Positions 1 through 9,063 of a stretch of 64,000 nucleotides of DNA are shown one piece after another (the stretch's first letter is position 1; every line of letters begins with the position of its first letter). The notes under the pieces were generated by a model that ran no database searches, was not told the origin of the DNA, and was given only the letters and a program-made list of their open reading frames with translations. Position numbers and translations under genes: made by a program. Origin of the DNA: an uncultured Bifidobacterium sp. (GTDB lineage Bacteria; Actinomycetota; Acidimicrobiia; Acidimicrobiales; Ilumatobacteraceae); assembly GCA_964513585.1 (NCBI GenBank), contig CAZENK010000002.1, positions 14,293 through 78,292 of the forward strand. The letters run 5' to 3'.

Positions 1-107
1 GCATCATCGGATGCCCCGTGGGAACCGTGCAGAGTCGGGTGCACAGGGCCCGTCGATGGCTCGCCGCCGAGCTGGCGCCGCCCGCGTCTGACACACTTAC
101 TGCGTGA
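1..107 (+). CDS. ECF-type sigma-70 family sigma factor, C-terminal fragment (gene begins upstream of window)
   Basis: Frame +3 reads IIGCPVGTVQSRVHRARRWLAAELAPPASDTLTA*. The GTVxSRxHRAR stretch is the region 4.2 HTH signature of ECF sigma factors. The TGA at 105-107 overlaps GTG 104 of the next ORF. Confidence 0.55.
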   Translation, partial: IIGCPVGTVQSRVHRARRWLAAELAPPASDTLTA

Positions 108-1471
108 GAAACGCAGGGGTCCCGGTGCGCCGTACCGGCCGGCGGTCTGCCGGGTGGGCTCTGTCTGTGTGTGCCCTGTTCACGGTCATGTTCGCCGCAC
201 TCGGGGCATCGCCGGCCTCGGCGCACAACACGCTGGTCGAGAGCAACCCGAAGGACGGCGCGGTGCTGTCGGCAGTGCCGGTCGAATGGTCGCTCACCTT
301 CGAAAATGACGTGCCGCTCGACAGCGCCACCGCAGAGGTGGTTGCACAGTCAGGTGTGCGCACGCAGTTGCCCACCCCGAGACACGGTGCCTCGCAGAAG
401 GAGATCCTGTTCTCCCTGCCGCAGAACCTGACCGGTGCGGTCACCGCCCGATGGCGACTCGTGGGCACTGACGGCCATGTTGTCAGCGCACGCATCTCCT
501 TCACGGTGGGTGAGGCTGTGGCAACCACTGTGCCAGCCGGTGGTTCACCCGGCGACACAGCAACGGCAGGTGGGCCGACAACCGTCACCGAGATCGCCGC
601 TGATGACAGCACCACGCCCGAACCCGCAAGGTTCGCCCTGCGCCTGATCGGGTTCGCCGCGATCGTGGCGCTCGGCGGCGTGTTCGCCACTGCTGCGCTC
701 GGTGGCGGTGTCGTTTCTGCACCCGGCCTGCGCAGATTGGTCGTGGGGTCGGCAACGGCTGCATTCGTTGTGCCGGCTGTTCAGACCCTGGTGTTCCTCG
801 ATGACGTGAGCGGCAACGGTCTGCTCGGGTCGATCGGCTCCGTCTTCCAGGCCTTCGACACCACGCCGGGCTCGATGCTCGTGCTGCGTGCAGTGATCGG
901 GGGACTGATCGCGTACCTGGTGTGGCGCGGGATCGACCTGGCGTCGCGTGCTCTGTTGCTGCTGTCGCTGATGTACCTGTTTGCCCTGTCGTATGCGGGT
1001 CACTCGAGGTCGATGGCATGGCCAGTGATTGGTGTGCCGGCCGACGTGGTGCACACCGCCGGCATTGCCGCATGGCTCGGTGGTCTCGTGGTTCTGGCGG
1101 TGTTCGTGGTACCGGGTCAGTCGGCGCACGAGGCACTTGATTCGTTCAGGCGCTACGGGGAACTCGCACGCTATGCCGTCGCGGCGATCGTGGTCACGGG
1201 AGTGGTGCAGACGCTTCGGCTCCACGGCACCATCGTCACCCTGTTCACGGAGAGCCACGGTCGGTGGTTGCTCGCGAAGCTGGTCGTGGTGGCGGGCATG
1301 CTGAAGGTGGCTGACATCAACAGACGACGAGTCGAGAGAAGGCTGCCCGATCACCCGATGGTGATTGAACGGCATGTTGCGCTGATCCGGCGCGCGAGCC
1401 TGACCGAGATCGGTCTGGGTGCACTGGTGATGTCCATCACGTCGGTGCTTGTGACAGCATCATTCGGGTGA
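104..1471 (+). CDS. copper resistance protein, CopC-CopD fusion (YcnJ-like)
   Basis: 455-aa ORF. It has a signal peptide ending ASPASA, followed by HNTLVESNPKDGAVL (start of the CopC fold), a Thr/Pro/Gly linker, and a multi-helix hydrophobic C-terminal half typical of CopD. A DUF305 gene follows. Confidence 0.8.
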   Translation: MRNAGVPVRRTGRRSAGWALSVCALFTVMFAALGASPASAHNTLVESNPKDGAVLSAVPVEWSLTFENDVPLDSATAEVVAQSGVRTQLPTPRHGASQKEILFSLPQNLTGAVTARWRLVGTDGHVVSARISFTVGEAVATTVPAGGSPGDTATAGGPTTVTEIAADDSTTPEPARFALRLIGFAAIVALGGVFATAALGGGVVSAPGLRRLVVGSATAAFVVPAVQTLVFLDDVSGNGLLGSIGSVFQAFDTTPGSMLVLRAVIGGLIAYLVWRGIDLASRALLLLSLMYLFALSYAGHSRSMAWPVIGVPADVVHTAGIAAWLGGLVVLAVFVVPGQSAHEALDSFRRYGELARYAVAAIVVTGVVQTLRLHGTIVTLFTESHGRWLLAKLVVVAGMLKVADINRRRVERRLPDHPMVIERHVALIRRASLTEIGLGALVMSITSVLVTASFG

Positions 1472-1488
1472 CGAGCAAAGGAGCCAAC

Positions 1489-2067
1489 ATGAGGAACGCA
1501 AAGTGGATTGCTGCAGCCGTCGGTGCGGTCGTGCTGCTCGTGGGATGCGGTTCGACCCCGGGAGCCGACTCGGGTGAGCCGGTCAGCACATCAGGTGAAC
1601 GGCTGGCATTCAACGACGCCGACGTGATGTTCGCCCAGATGATGATCCCGCACCACGAACAGGCCATCGAGATGTCTGACATCGCTCTCGACCCCACAGT
1701 GGGTGCCGGTGACGCAGTGCGCGACCTGGCCGACCGCATCAAGGGCGCACAGGATCCCGAGATCCAGGCCATGAAGGGATTCCTCGGGTCCTGGGGGGCG
1801 AGCACCGAGATGGACCCGTCGATGGACCACAGCGACATGATGAGCGGAATGGTGAGTGCCGAGGAGATGACGAGGCTCGGCACGTTGCGCGGGGCCGAGT
1901 TCGACCGTGCGTGGATGGCCGCGATGATCGCCCATCATGAGGGTGCAATCGACATGGCAAAGTACGTTCTCAACAGCGGGCAGAACGGCGAGGTGAAGAC
2001 GCTCGCGAACTCGATCATCGCCGGCCAGTCCGCAGAGATCACGGAGATGAAGTCACTGCTGAAATAG
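1489..2067 (+). CDS. DUF305 family lipoprotein (copper-associated)
   Basis: ATG 1489 lies 5 nt after AAAGGAG (1477-1483). Lipobox LLVGCGS. The duplicated motifs HHEQAIEMS and HHEGAIDMA are characteristic of DUF305. The ORF-track start at 1468 (GTG) is less likely. Confidence 0.8.
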   Translation: MRNAKWIAAAVGAVVLLVGCGSTPGADSGEPVSTSGERLAFNDADVMFAQMMIPHHEQAIEMSDIALDPTVGAGDAVRDLADRIKGAQDPEIQAMKGFLGSWGASTEMDPSMDHSDMMSGMVSAEEMTRLGTLRGAEFDRAWMAAMIAHHEGAIDMAKYVLNSGQNGEVKTLANSIIAGQSAEITEMKSLLK

Positions 2068-2123
2068 GCCCTCTGCGCGGCAGAACTCGGGCAGGGTTTG
2101 CCGGCAGACATAGAGTCGAGTCG

Positions 2124-3929
2124 ATGGCAACGGCACTCAGCGAGGCAGAGCGGCGGCAGATTCGCGAGCGCTACAGGCTCGAGCGCGACAAGAGACTGCG
2201 CGCGGACGGCAACGAGCAGTACCTGCAGCCGACCGGCCGTTTCGCCCCGTTGCTCGACGATCCGTACGTCGTGCCTGCGCCACGTGAGCCGGTGAACGAC
2301 GACGTCGAGGTGCTCGTGATCGGGGCAGGCTTTGCCGGTCTGGTGACCGGGGCAAGGCTGAAGCAGGCGGGTGTCCCTGATGTGCGCCTGATTGACAAGG
2401 CCGGCGATGTCGGTGGCGTGTGGTACTGGAACAGGTACCCGGGCGCCATGTGCGACACCGCGGCGATGATCTACCTGCCGCTGCTGGAAGAAACAGGCAC
2501 GGTCCCGTCGGCAAAATACGTTCCCGCCCCCGAGATACATGCACATGCCAAGCGCATCGCATCAACGTTCGGTCTGTACGACGGCGCGCTGTTGTCCACG
2601 GGCATCACCGGGATCACATGGGATCCTGCAGTCTCGCGTTATGTCGTCACGACCGACCGCGGCGACACATTGCGGGCCAGGTTCATCACCATGGGAACAG
2701 GACCACTGCATCGTCCCAAGCTCCCCGGCATCCCGGGCATCCATGAGTTCGCCGGGCATGCGTTCCACACCAGCCGGTGGGACTACGACTACACCGGGGG
2801 AGACCCGTCGGGTGCGCTCATGTCGGGGCTCTCCGACAAGCGCGTCGGCATCATCGGCACGGGAGCCACGGCGGTGCAGTGCATCCCGCATCTCTCGCGA
2901 GCCGCGAAGGAACTTCTCGTCTTCCAGCGCACGCCGTCGGCCATCGACACGCGCAACAACCACCCGATCGACAGGGACTGGTTCGCTGCCCTCGAGCCGG
3001 GCTGGCAGCAGAAGTGGCTCATGAACTTCACAACGCTGCAGACCATGGGCTTTGCCGATGAGGACCTCGTGATGGACGGCTGGACCGACATCTCCCTGCG
3101 GATCCGAGACCGCGTCATCGAGATGGTGAAGGCGGGCAGTGAGGTCGGCCCGGAGACTCTGTTGCGTGCCTACGAGGAGAGCGACGACGAGAAGATGTCC
3201 GAGATACGTGCACGTGTCGATGCGATCGTGTCCGACCCGGCCACGGCTGCGGCGTTGAAGCCGTGGTACCGGCAGCTGTGCAAGAGGCCTTGCTTCCACG
3301 ACGAGTACCTGCAGTCGTTCAACAACCCCGGCACGCGGCTTGTCGACACGGACGGCAAGGGCGTTGAGCGGATCGATGCGACAGGCGTGTGGGTCGGTGG
3401 TGTGCACCATGAGATCGACTGCCTCGTCATCGCATCAGGGTTCGAGGTGGGCACCCCGTACACACGGCGCAGCGGGTACGACGTCACCGGGCGTGACGGC
3501 GTGTCGCTCGGTGCGTACTGGGAGGACGGGATGCGGAGTCTGCACGGCATCCACGTGCACGGTTTCCCGAACCTGTTCGTGCTCGGGCCCGCACAGGGCG
3601 CCAACCTGATCTCGAACATCCCGCACAACTACGTGGCGAACAGTGTTGTGATCGCATCGACCATCGCGCACGCACGCAGTGTCGGCGCAACCGAGGTCGA
3701 GGTGTCGCGCCGGGCTGAGGACGACTGGGTCGAATTCATCACGAGCAACCAGCGCGGCCTCCGCGGCGGATCCGACTGCACCCCCGGCTACTACAACAAC
3801 GAGGGGCGGCCCATGGGGCGTCGCGAACAACTGAACGGCAGCGGACACCCCGGCGGTCCCGTGGCGTACTTCGAGTACATCGAGCAGTGGCGCACGTCGG
3901 GTGAGTTCGCCGGGCTCGAGTTCCGATGA
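2124..3929 (+). CDS. type I Baeyer-Villiger monooxygenase with N-terminal extension (HAPMO/CHMO-like)
   Basis: GAGFAG FAD Rossmann motif, BVMO fingerprint FAGHAFHTSRWD (FxGxxxHxxxWD), second Rossmann motif GTGATAVQ. 601 aa. Confidence 0.85.
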   Translation: MATALSEAERRQIRERYRLERDKRLRADGNEQYLQPTGRFAPLLDDPYVVPAPREPVNDDVEVLVIGAGFAGLVTGARLKQAGVPDVRLIDKAGDVGGVWYWNRYPGAMCDTAAMIYLPLLEETGTVPSAKYVPAPEIHAHAKRIASTFGLYDGALLSTGITGITWDPAVSRYVVTTDRGDTLRARFITMGTGPLHRPKLPGIPGIHEFAGHAFHTSRWDYDYTGGDPSGALMSGLSDKRVGIIGTGATAVQCIPHLSRAAKELLVFQRTPSAIDTRNNHPIDRDWFAALEPGWQQKWLMNFTTLQTMGFADEDLVMDGWTDISLRIRDRVIEMVKAGSEVGPETLLRAYEESDDEKMSEIRARVDAIVSDPATAAALKPWYRQLCKRPCFHDEYLQSFNNPGTRLVDTDGKGVERIDATGVWVGGVHHEIDCLVIASGFEVGTPYTRRSGYDVTGRDGVSLGAYWEDGMRSLHGIHVHGFPNLFVLGPAQGANLISNIPHNYVANSVVIASTIAHARSVGATEVEVSRRAEDDWVEFITSNQRGLRGGSDCTPGYYNNEGRPMGRREQLNGSGHPGGPVAYFEYIEQWRTSGEFAGLEFR

Positions 3930-4894
3930 CGGCGGGCGACCCGAACCGCCCGGCTTCCGTGCTCCGTTCACGGGTCGAGCGGGTGAGAGTTGTCGCGGGG
4001 CGTCTGTTCTCGCCGCGCGTGCGCAATGTTCTGAAGGCCGTGTGGATGGTGCTGGTGACGGTCTTCGTCGCCAGGTACATGGTCCGCAACTGGGATTCGA
4101 TCGTGGATGTGTTCCGCTCGTTCAGCGCTGTGGTGCTGGTCTCGACGGTGCTGGTGACGGTTGCGGGCAAGGTCATGGTGAGCGTGCAGGCGCAGCTCAT
4201 CACGCGCCTCAACGGTCGTGAGTTCACGTTCCGCGAGTCGTTCTGGATGTACTCGGCAAGCGACCTTGTGAAGTACATCCCGGGCGGGCTGTGGAACGCT
4301 CTTGCAAGGGTGCGCCTGTACACGAACATGGGAATGCCCGCCACGGCATCGGCGAAGGCCTTCGCGCTCGAGAAGTACTGGATGGTGCTCGGCGCCTTCG
4401 CAACCGGGGCGATCGCACTTGCACCCGACGCGTTGCGGGCGGTCGGCGCCTCGTCATCGTCGTGGGTCGTTGTCGTCGTGCGACTGTTGCTCATCGCGGC
4501 ATGGGTGGCCGGCACATGGGTCGGTGGTCGACTCACGGGGAATCCGATCGTGCCGATCACCGTCATCCGGTCGATGACGGAGCAGACGATCATGGCAGTG
4601 TTCCTCGGTCTCGGTGTGTGGATCCCGTTGGTGGCCGTCGATGCCGACGTGTCACCCTTGGTTGCGATCGGTGCATTCTCCGTGGGGCGTGCAATGGGCT
4701 ACCTCGCGGTGTTCGCACCTGCGGGCATCGGCGTGCGCGAGGCCGTCACGCTGTGGGCGCTCGGCAGCACGGGGGCATCGACCCGAGAGGTGCTCGTGGC
4801 ACTCGGCGTGAACCGCGTGATGACGTTTGTCGCCGATGTGTCGTCGTTCGGGGGTTCTCTCGCCGTGCGACCGCGCACGAATGGCGGCACCTGA
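3926..4894 (+). CDS. UPF0104 / lysylphosphatidylglycerol-synthase-TM-like (flippase-like) membrane protein
   Basis: 322 aa with multiple hydrophobic segments and the motifs PGGLWNA and FAPAGIGVREAV. Its ATG overlaps the BVMO stop codon (ATGA). Confidence 0.55.
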   Translation: MTAGDPNRPASVLRSRVERVRVVAGRLFSPRVRNVLKAVWMVLVTVFVARYMVRNWDSIVDVFRSFSAVVLVSTVLVTVAGKVMVSVQAQLITRLNGREFTFRESFWMYSASDLVKYIPGGLWNALARVRLYTNMGMPATASAKAFALEKYWMVLGAFATGAIALAPDALRAVGASSSSWVVVVVRLLLIAAWVAGTWVGGRLTGNPIVPITVIRSMTEQTIMAVFLGLGVWIPLVAVDADVSPLVAIGAFSVGRAMGYLAVFAPAGIGVREAVTLWALGSTGASTREVLVALGVNRVMTFVADVSSFGGSLAVRPRTNGGT

Positions 4895-4935
4895 CCCGAC
4901 TGTGGCAGGGTTTGGTGCCCTACCTGGAGGAAAAC

Positions 4936-5679
4936 ATGGAAGTCCTGTCCGAACTCATCGACAACGTTCTCGTGCTGACACTGAACCGCCCGGACGCCGG
5001 GAATGCGCTGAACGGCGCGCTGAGCGAGGCGCTGTCGAACGCGCTCAATGACGCCGCCGCAGACGACGACGTGCGCGTGGTGGTGGTCACCGGTGCCGGC
5101 GAGAAGATCTTCTGCGCGGGCATGGACCTCAAGGCGTTCGCCGCCGGCGAGGACCTCGCCAGGATCGGACTCGGCTTCGCCGCGTTGCGCAACTTCAAGA
5201 AGCCGTTGATCGCAGCGGTGAACGGACACGCCCTCGCCGGCGGGTTCGAGGTCGTGATGATGTGCGATCTCGTGGTGTCGGTCGAGACTGCGCGGTTCGG
5301 CATTCCCGAGGTGAAGCGTGGTCTGTTCGCCGCCGGTGGTGGCGTGCGCCTGCCTGCCCGCATCCCGCTCGCTGTTGCACTCGAGATGGGTCTCACCGGT
5401 GACCCGATCGATGCAGCGCGTGCCAAGGAACTCGGGCTAGTGAACCAGGTGGTCCCGGCCGCCGGGCTGCGTGAGGCTGCACTGGCGCTTGCATCGCGCG
5501 TGTCAGCGAACGGCCCGCTCGCAGTCCAGGCCACCAAGCAACTCATGCTCGATGAGATCGGCGGCGGGAACCCTGCGCTGCTCGGCGAGCTTCAGAAGAA
5601 GGTGTTCTCGAGTGAGGACGCCAAGGAAGGCGCGGTTGCATTCGCGCAGAAGCGCGCTCCCGAGTGGAAGGGTCGCTGA
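4936..5679 (+). CDS. enoyl-CoA hydratase/isomerase (crotonase) family protein
   Basis: GGAGG (4926-4930) precedes the ATG at 4936. Motifs LTLNRPDAGNAL, VVVTGAGEKIFCAGMDL and GHALAGGFEVVMMCD. The upstream part of the 462-aa ORF-track call is Arg-rich and overlaps the preceding gene in another frame. Confidence 0.85.
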   Translation: MEVLSELIDNVLVLTLNRPDAGNALNGALSEALSNALNDAAADDDVRVVVVTGAGEKIFCAGMDLKAFAAGEDLARIGLGFAALRNFKKPLIAAVNGHALAGGFEVVMMCDLVVSVETARFGIPEVKRGLFAAGGGVRLPARIPLAVALEMGLTGDPIDAARAKELGLVNQVVPAAGLREAALALASRVSANGPLAVQATKQLMLDEIGGGNPALLGELQKKVFSSEDAKEGAVAFAQKRAPEWKGR

Positions 5680-5707
5680 GCGACCGCACGGCGAGAGCCG
5701 GGCGCGT

Positions 5708-7453
5708 CTAGGCGCGCACCAGCCGACCCGGGCGCTCACCGGTGTCGGCGCCGTTGCGGCGCGTGACCACCCCGGCCACGATCGTCGCCTCGTAGCCACT
5801 GGCTGACTGCAGCAACCGCATGCCCCCGGCCGGAAGGTCGTGCACGACCCGGGGCGGGTGCAGAGTGAGCGCGTCGAAGTTGATGACGTTCACATCCGCG
5901 CGGGTGCCGACTGCGATGCGACCGCGGTCGGTGAGGCCGATCACGTCGGCTGTCGCGCTCGTCTGCATCCGCACGACCTCCTCGATGCCCAGCTTCGGTC
6001 CGCGCGAACGGTCGCGGGCCCAGTGGGTGAGCAGGTAGGTGGGGATCGACGCATCACAGATCATGCGCACGTGCGCACCGCCGTCGCTGAGACCGTTGAT
6101 GGCCGCGGGGTGAGTGAGCATCTCGTGGATCACGTCGTGGTTCTCGCCCACGTAGTTGAGGGTGGGGAACATGAGTGATGCGGAGCCGTTGTTCCCATTC
6201 AACAGGTCATAGGCCATCTCGAGCGGGGTCACACCGGCCTTCTCGGCGAGTGCACGCACCGACATGTCGGGGGTGGGCTCGTAATCCGCACCGTCGCCCA
6301 TTGCGTAGATGAGATGCGGGATCATGCCGAGTCGCGGCCCGAGACCGTCGAACTGCACCGACGGGTCCGTCGGTTCGTCCGCCTCGGCGAGAATCGCGGC
6401 CTTGACATCCGGTCGCGCCAGTTCACGGCGCAGGTCCTCGAGCGACAGCGTGGAATGCAGTCTGATGAACGTCGGTCGCTTGGTGAATGGGTGGTAGCCC
6501 GCCCAGTTGACCATCATGCCGAAGGGCCGTGCAGCGACCTGCGGCCGCAGGTACCCGCCCTTCTCCATGATCGATGCCGAGTAGTCGAGCGCCTGTCTCC
6601 ATGCATCGGGCATCGTCATGTACTGCAGCAACAGGTAGGTGACCTTCAGGTCGGTGCGCAGTGCCATGTCGCCCATCCACTGCAGTTCCTCGGTCATGCC
6701 CATGGTGGGCTGGTCGCCTCCGTCGGGCAGCACCTCGGGTGCGACCTCGAAGATGCCGCCGCCGCCGGCAACGAGTGCGTCGGCCAGTGCATTGAGCTCC
6801 TCACTGCTGGCGAAGGTGCCGGGCACCGGCTCGCCGTCGCGTGCGCGGTGACCCATCGTGCGGCTGGTCGAGAACCCCACGGCACCTGCTTCGCGCGCCT
6901 CGCGCACGATGCGGGCCATCTCGGCGATGTCCTCCGCGGTTGCGTCCTCATTGCGGGCGCCGCGTTCGCCCATCACGTAGCCGCGCACCGCTCCGTGCGG
7001 AACGTATGCGGCGACATCAACGGCGTAGCGACGGCGGTCGATCGCATCGAGGTACTCGGGGAACGTCTCCCACTCCCAGTTGATGCCCTCGTGGAGTGCA
7101 GTGCCGGGGATGTCCTCCACGCCCTCCATGAGTTGCACCAGCCATTCCTCCCGGCCCGGTCGCACGGGCGCGAACCCCACGCCACAGTTGCCGACGACCA
7201 CGGTCGTGACACCGTGTGCACTCGACGGCTCGAGAAGGGTGTCCCAGCTGACCTGGCCGTCGTAGTGGGTGTGAATGTCGACGAAGCCCGGGGTGACCAG
7301 TCGACCCGAGGCGTCGATCTCCTCGCGCGCCTCGCCCACGATGCGCTGCGCAACCTCGACGATGCGGCCGTCCTTGATCGCCACGTCACCGACATGTGCC
7401 GGCGCCCCGGTGCCGTCGATGATGGTGCCGCCCCTGATGATGATGTCGAACAT
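5708..7453 (-). CDS. N-acyl-D-amino-acid deacylase (D-aminoacylase) family amidohydrolase
   Basis: Family-typical N-terminus MFDIIIRGGTIIDGTG and metal motif VDIHTHYD. 581 aa counted from the ATG at 7453. Confidence 0.8.
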   Translation of the reverse strand: MFDIIIRGGTIIDGTGAPAHVGDVAIKDGRIVEVAQRIVGEAREEIDASGRLVTPGFVDIHTHYDGQVSWDTLLEPSSAHGVTTVVVGNCGVGFAPVRPGREEWLVQLMEGVEDIPGTALHEGINWEWETFPEYLDAIDRRRYAVDVAAYVPHGAVRGYVMGERGARNEDATAEDIAEMARIVREAREAGAVGFSTSRTMGHRARDGEPVPGTFASSEELNALADALVAGGGGIFEVAPEVLPDGGDQPTMGMTEELQWMGDMALRTDLKVTYLLLQYMTMPDAWRQALDYSASIMEKGGYLRPQVAARPFGMMVNWAGYHPFTKRPTFIRLHSTLSLEDLRRELARPDVKAAILAEADEPTDPSVQFDGLGPRLGMIPHLIYAMGDGADYEPTPDMSVRALAEKAGVTPLEMAYDLLNGNNGSASLMFPTLNYVGENHDVIHEMLTHPAAINGLSDGGAHVRMICDASIPTYLLTHWARDRSRGPKLGIEEVVRMQTSATADVIGLTDRGRIAVGTRADVNVINFDALTLHPPRVVHDLPAGGMRLLQSASGYEATIVAGVVTRRNGADTGERPGRLVRA

Positions 7454-7545
7454 GATCGGACCCCCCGACGCAGAACAATAACCCTTCGACACGGGGCTCC
7501 CGCCACCGCGGTACCTAGTATCGACACGAGAGCCAAGGGGGCACA

Positions 7546-9045
7546 ATGACGCTGACGGACACCACCCAACCGGCCGTTCGGAACGGCGTGGAACACTTCG
7601 ATGTCCTCATCATCGGCGCGGGCATCTCCGGAGTCGGCACTGCGTACCACCTGAAGGACCAGGCACCCGGGAAGTCGTTCGCCGTGCTCGAGGCGTTCGA
7701 CACGTTCGGGGGCACGTGGCACACCCACAAGTACCCCGGCATCCGCTCCGACAGTGACCTCTACACCTTCGGCTACCGCTTCAAGCCGTGGACGGGCACC
7801 CCGATCGCCACTGCCGCCGAGATCAAGAAGTACATGCACGAGGTCATCGTCGACAACCATCTCGACGAGCACATCCGCTACCGGCACCGCGTCACGGCGG
7901 CTTCCTGGTCGAGCGATGACAACACCTGGACGGTGAACGTGCACGACCTTGCGAACGACCGCACCTTCACGATGACATGCAACTTCCTGTGGATGTGCCA
8001 GGGCTACTACAAGCACGACAAGGGCTACACCCCCGAATGGCCCAACATGGATTCGTACAAGGGACGGATCATCCACCCACAGACATGGCCCGAGGATCTC
8101 GACTACAGGGGCAAGCGCGTTGTGGTCATCGGTTCGGGTGCAACTGCTGCGACACTCGTGCCGAACATGGCGAACGACGTCGAGCACATCACCATGCTGC
8201 AGCGGTCGCCCACCTACTTCATCCCCGGGCGCAACGCCAACGAGCTCGCCGACACGCTGCGCCAGCTCGAGGTGAACGAGGAGTGGATCCACGAGATCGT
8301 GCGGCGCAAGGTGCTGTTCGACCAGAAGGTCATCGCACAGCTGGGTTTTGACCAGCCCGAGTTCCTGCGGGAGCAACTGCTCACCGGCGTGCGCGCACTG
8401 CTGCCCGAGGACTTCGACATGAAGCACTTCACGCCGAGTTACCGGCCGTGGCAGCAGCGCATTGCGTTCGTGCCCGACGGTGACCTGTTCGCGGGCATCC
8501 GTGCCGGCAAGGCGAGTGTCGTCACCGACGAGATCGCCACGTTCAACGAGACGGGCATCCTCACGAAGGGCGGGGTGCAGCTCGACGCCGACATCATCAT
8601 CACGGCCACCGGGTTCGATCTCAGTGTGCTGGGTGACATTCCGTTCACCGTCGACGGCAAGGCCCTCGACTGGAGCCAGACCGTGACCTACCGCGGCATG
8701 ATGTTCACGGGTGTGCCGAACCTCGCATGGGTGTTCGGGTACTTCCGTGCCAGCTGGACCCTGCGGGTCGACATCATGGCCGATTTCGTGCTCCGCATGT
8801 TCCGCCACATGGAGGAAAAGGGGGCGCACCGTGTGATCCCCCAGCTGCGCCCGGAGGACGCCGACATGGAGCTCGGCCCGTGGATGGACCCCGACAACTT
8901 CAACCCGAACTACCTGATGCGTTCACAGCACTTGATGCCGAAGCGCGGCGCAAAGCCCGAGTGGATGCACAACCAGGACTACTGGGCGGAGAAGGATCTG
9001 TTGCCGAACGCAGACCTGGAGGACGGCTGTCTCAGGTTCGAGTGA
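7546..9045 (+). CDS. flavin-containing monooxygenase, EthA-like (BVMO-related)
   Basis: GAGISGVG FAD motif near the N-terminus and a second dinucleotide motif GSGATAAT. 499 aa. Confidence 0.8.
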   Translation: MTLTDTTQPAVRNGVEHFDVLIIGAGISGVGTAYHLKDQAPGKSFAVLEAFDTFGGTWHTHKYPGIRSDSDLYTFGYRFKPWTGTPIATAAEIKKYMHEVIVDNHLDEHIRYRHRVTAASWSSDDNTWTVNVHDLANDRTFTMTCNFLWMCQGYYKHDKGYTPEWPNMDSYKGRIIHPQTWPEDLDYRGKRVVVIGSGATAATLVPNMANDVEHITMLQRSPTYFIPGRNANELADTLRQLEVNEEWIHEIVRRKVLFDQKVIAQLGFDQPEFLREQLLTGVRALLPEDFDMKHFTPSYRPWQQRIAFVPDGDLFAGIRAGKASVVTDEIATFNETGILTKGGVQLDADIIITATGFDLSVLGDIPFTVDGKALDWSQTVTYRGMMFTGVPNLAWVFGYFRASWTLRVDIMADFVLRMFRHMEEKGAHRVIPQLRPEDADMELGPWMDPDNFNPNYLMRSQHLMPKRGAKPEWMHNQDYWAEKDLLPNADLEDGCLRFE

Positions 9046-9063
9046 CGGCGGAGTGTCGCCCGG

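Noticed and set aside
4291-4935. Long N-terminal extension of the crotonase ORF (ORF-track call of 462 aa)
   Set aside because: The extension overlaps the UPF0104 gene in another frame and is Arg-rich. A GGAGG-ATG start at 4936 gives a normal-length crotonase. For the same reason I trimmed the ORF-track calls starting at 24327, 53272, 37989, 22536, 27307, 52682, 56014, 55614, 39266, 60564 and 7546(-), and shortened the minus-strand genes at 14499, 18173, 23011, 45136, 48393 and 49146.
6973-8829. 618-aa ORF on the minus strand
   Set aside because: It lies entirely antisense to the EthA-like monooxygenase gene and part of the amidohydrolase gene. Its product is Arg/His/Asp/Val-rich with no recognisable motif. 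Long open antisense frames are expected at this G+C content.
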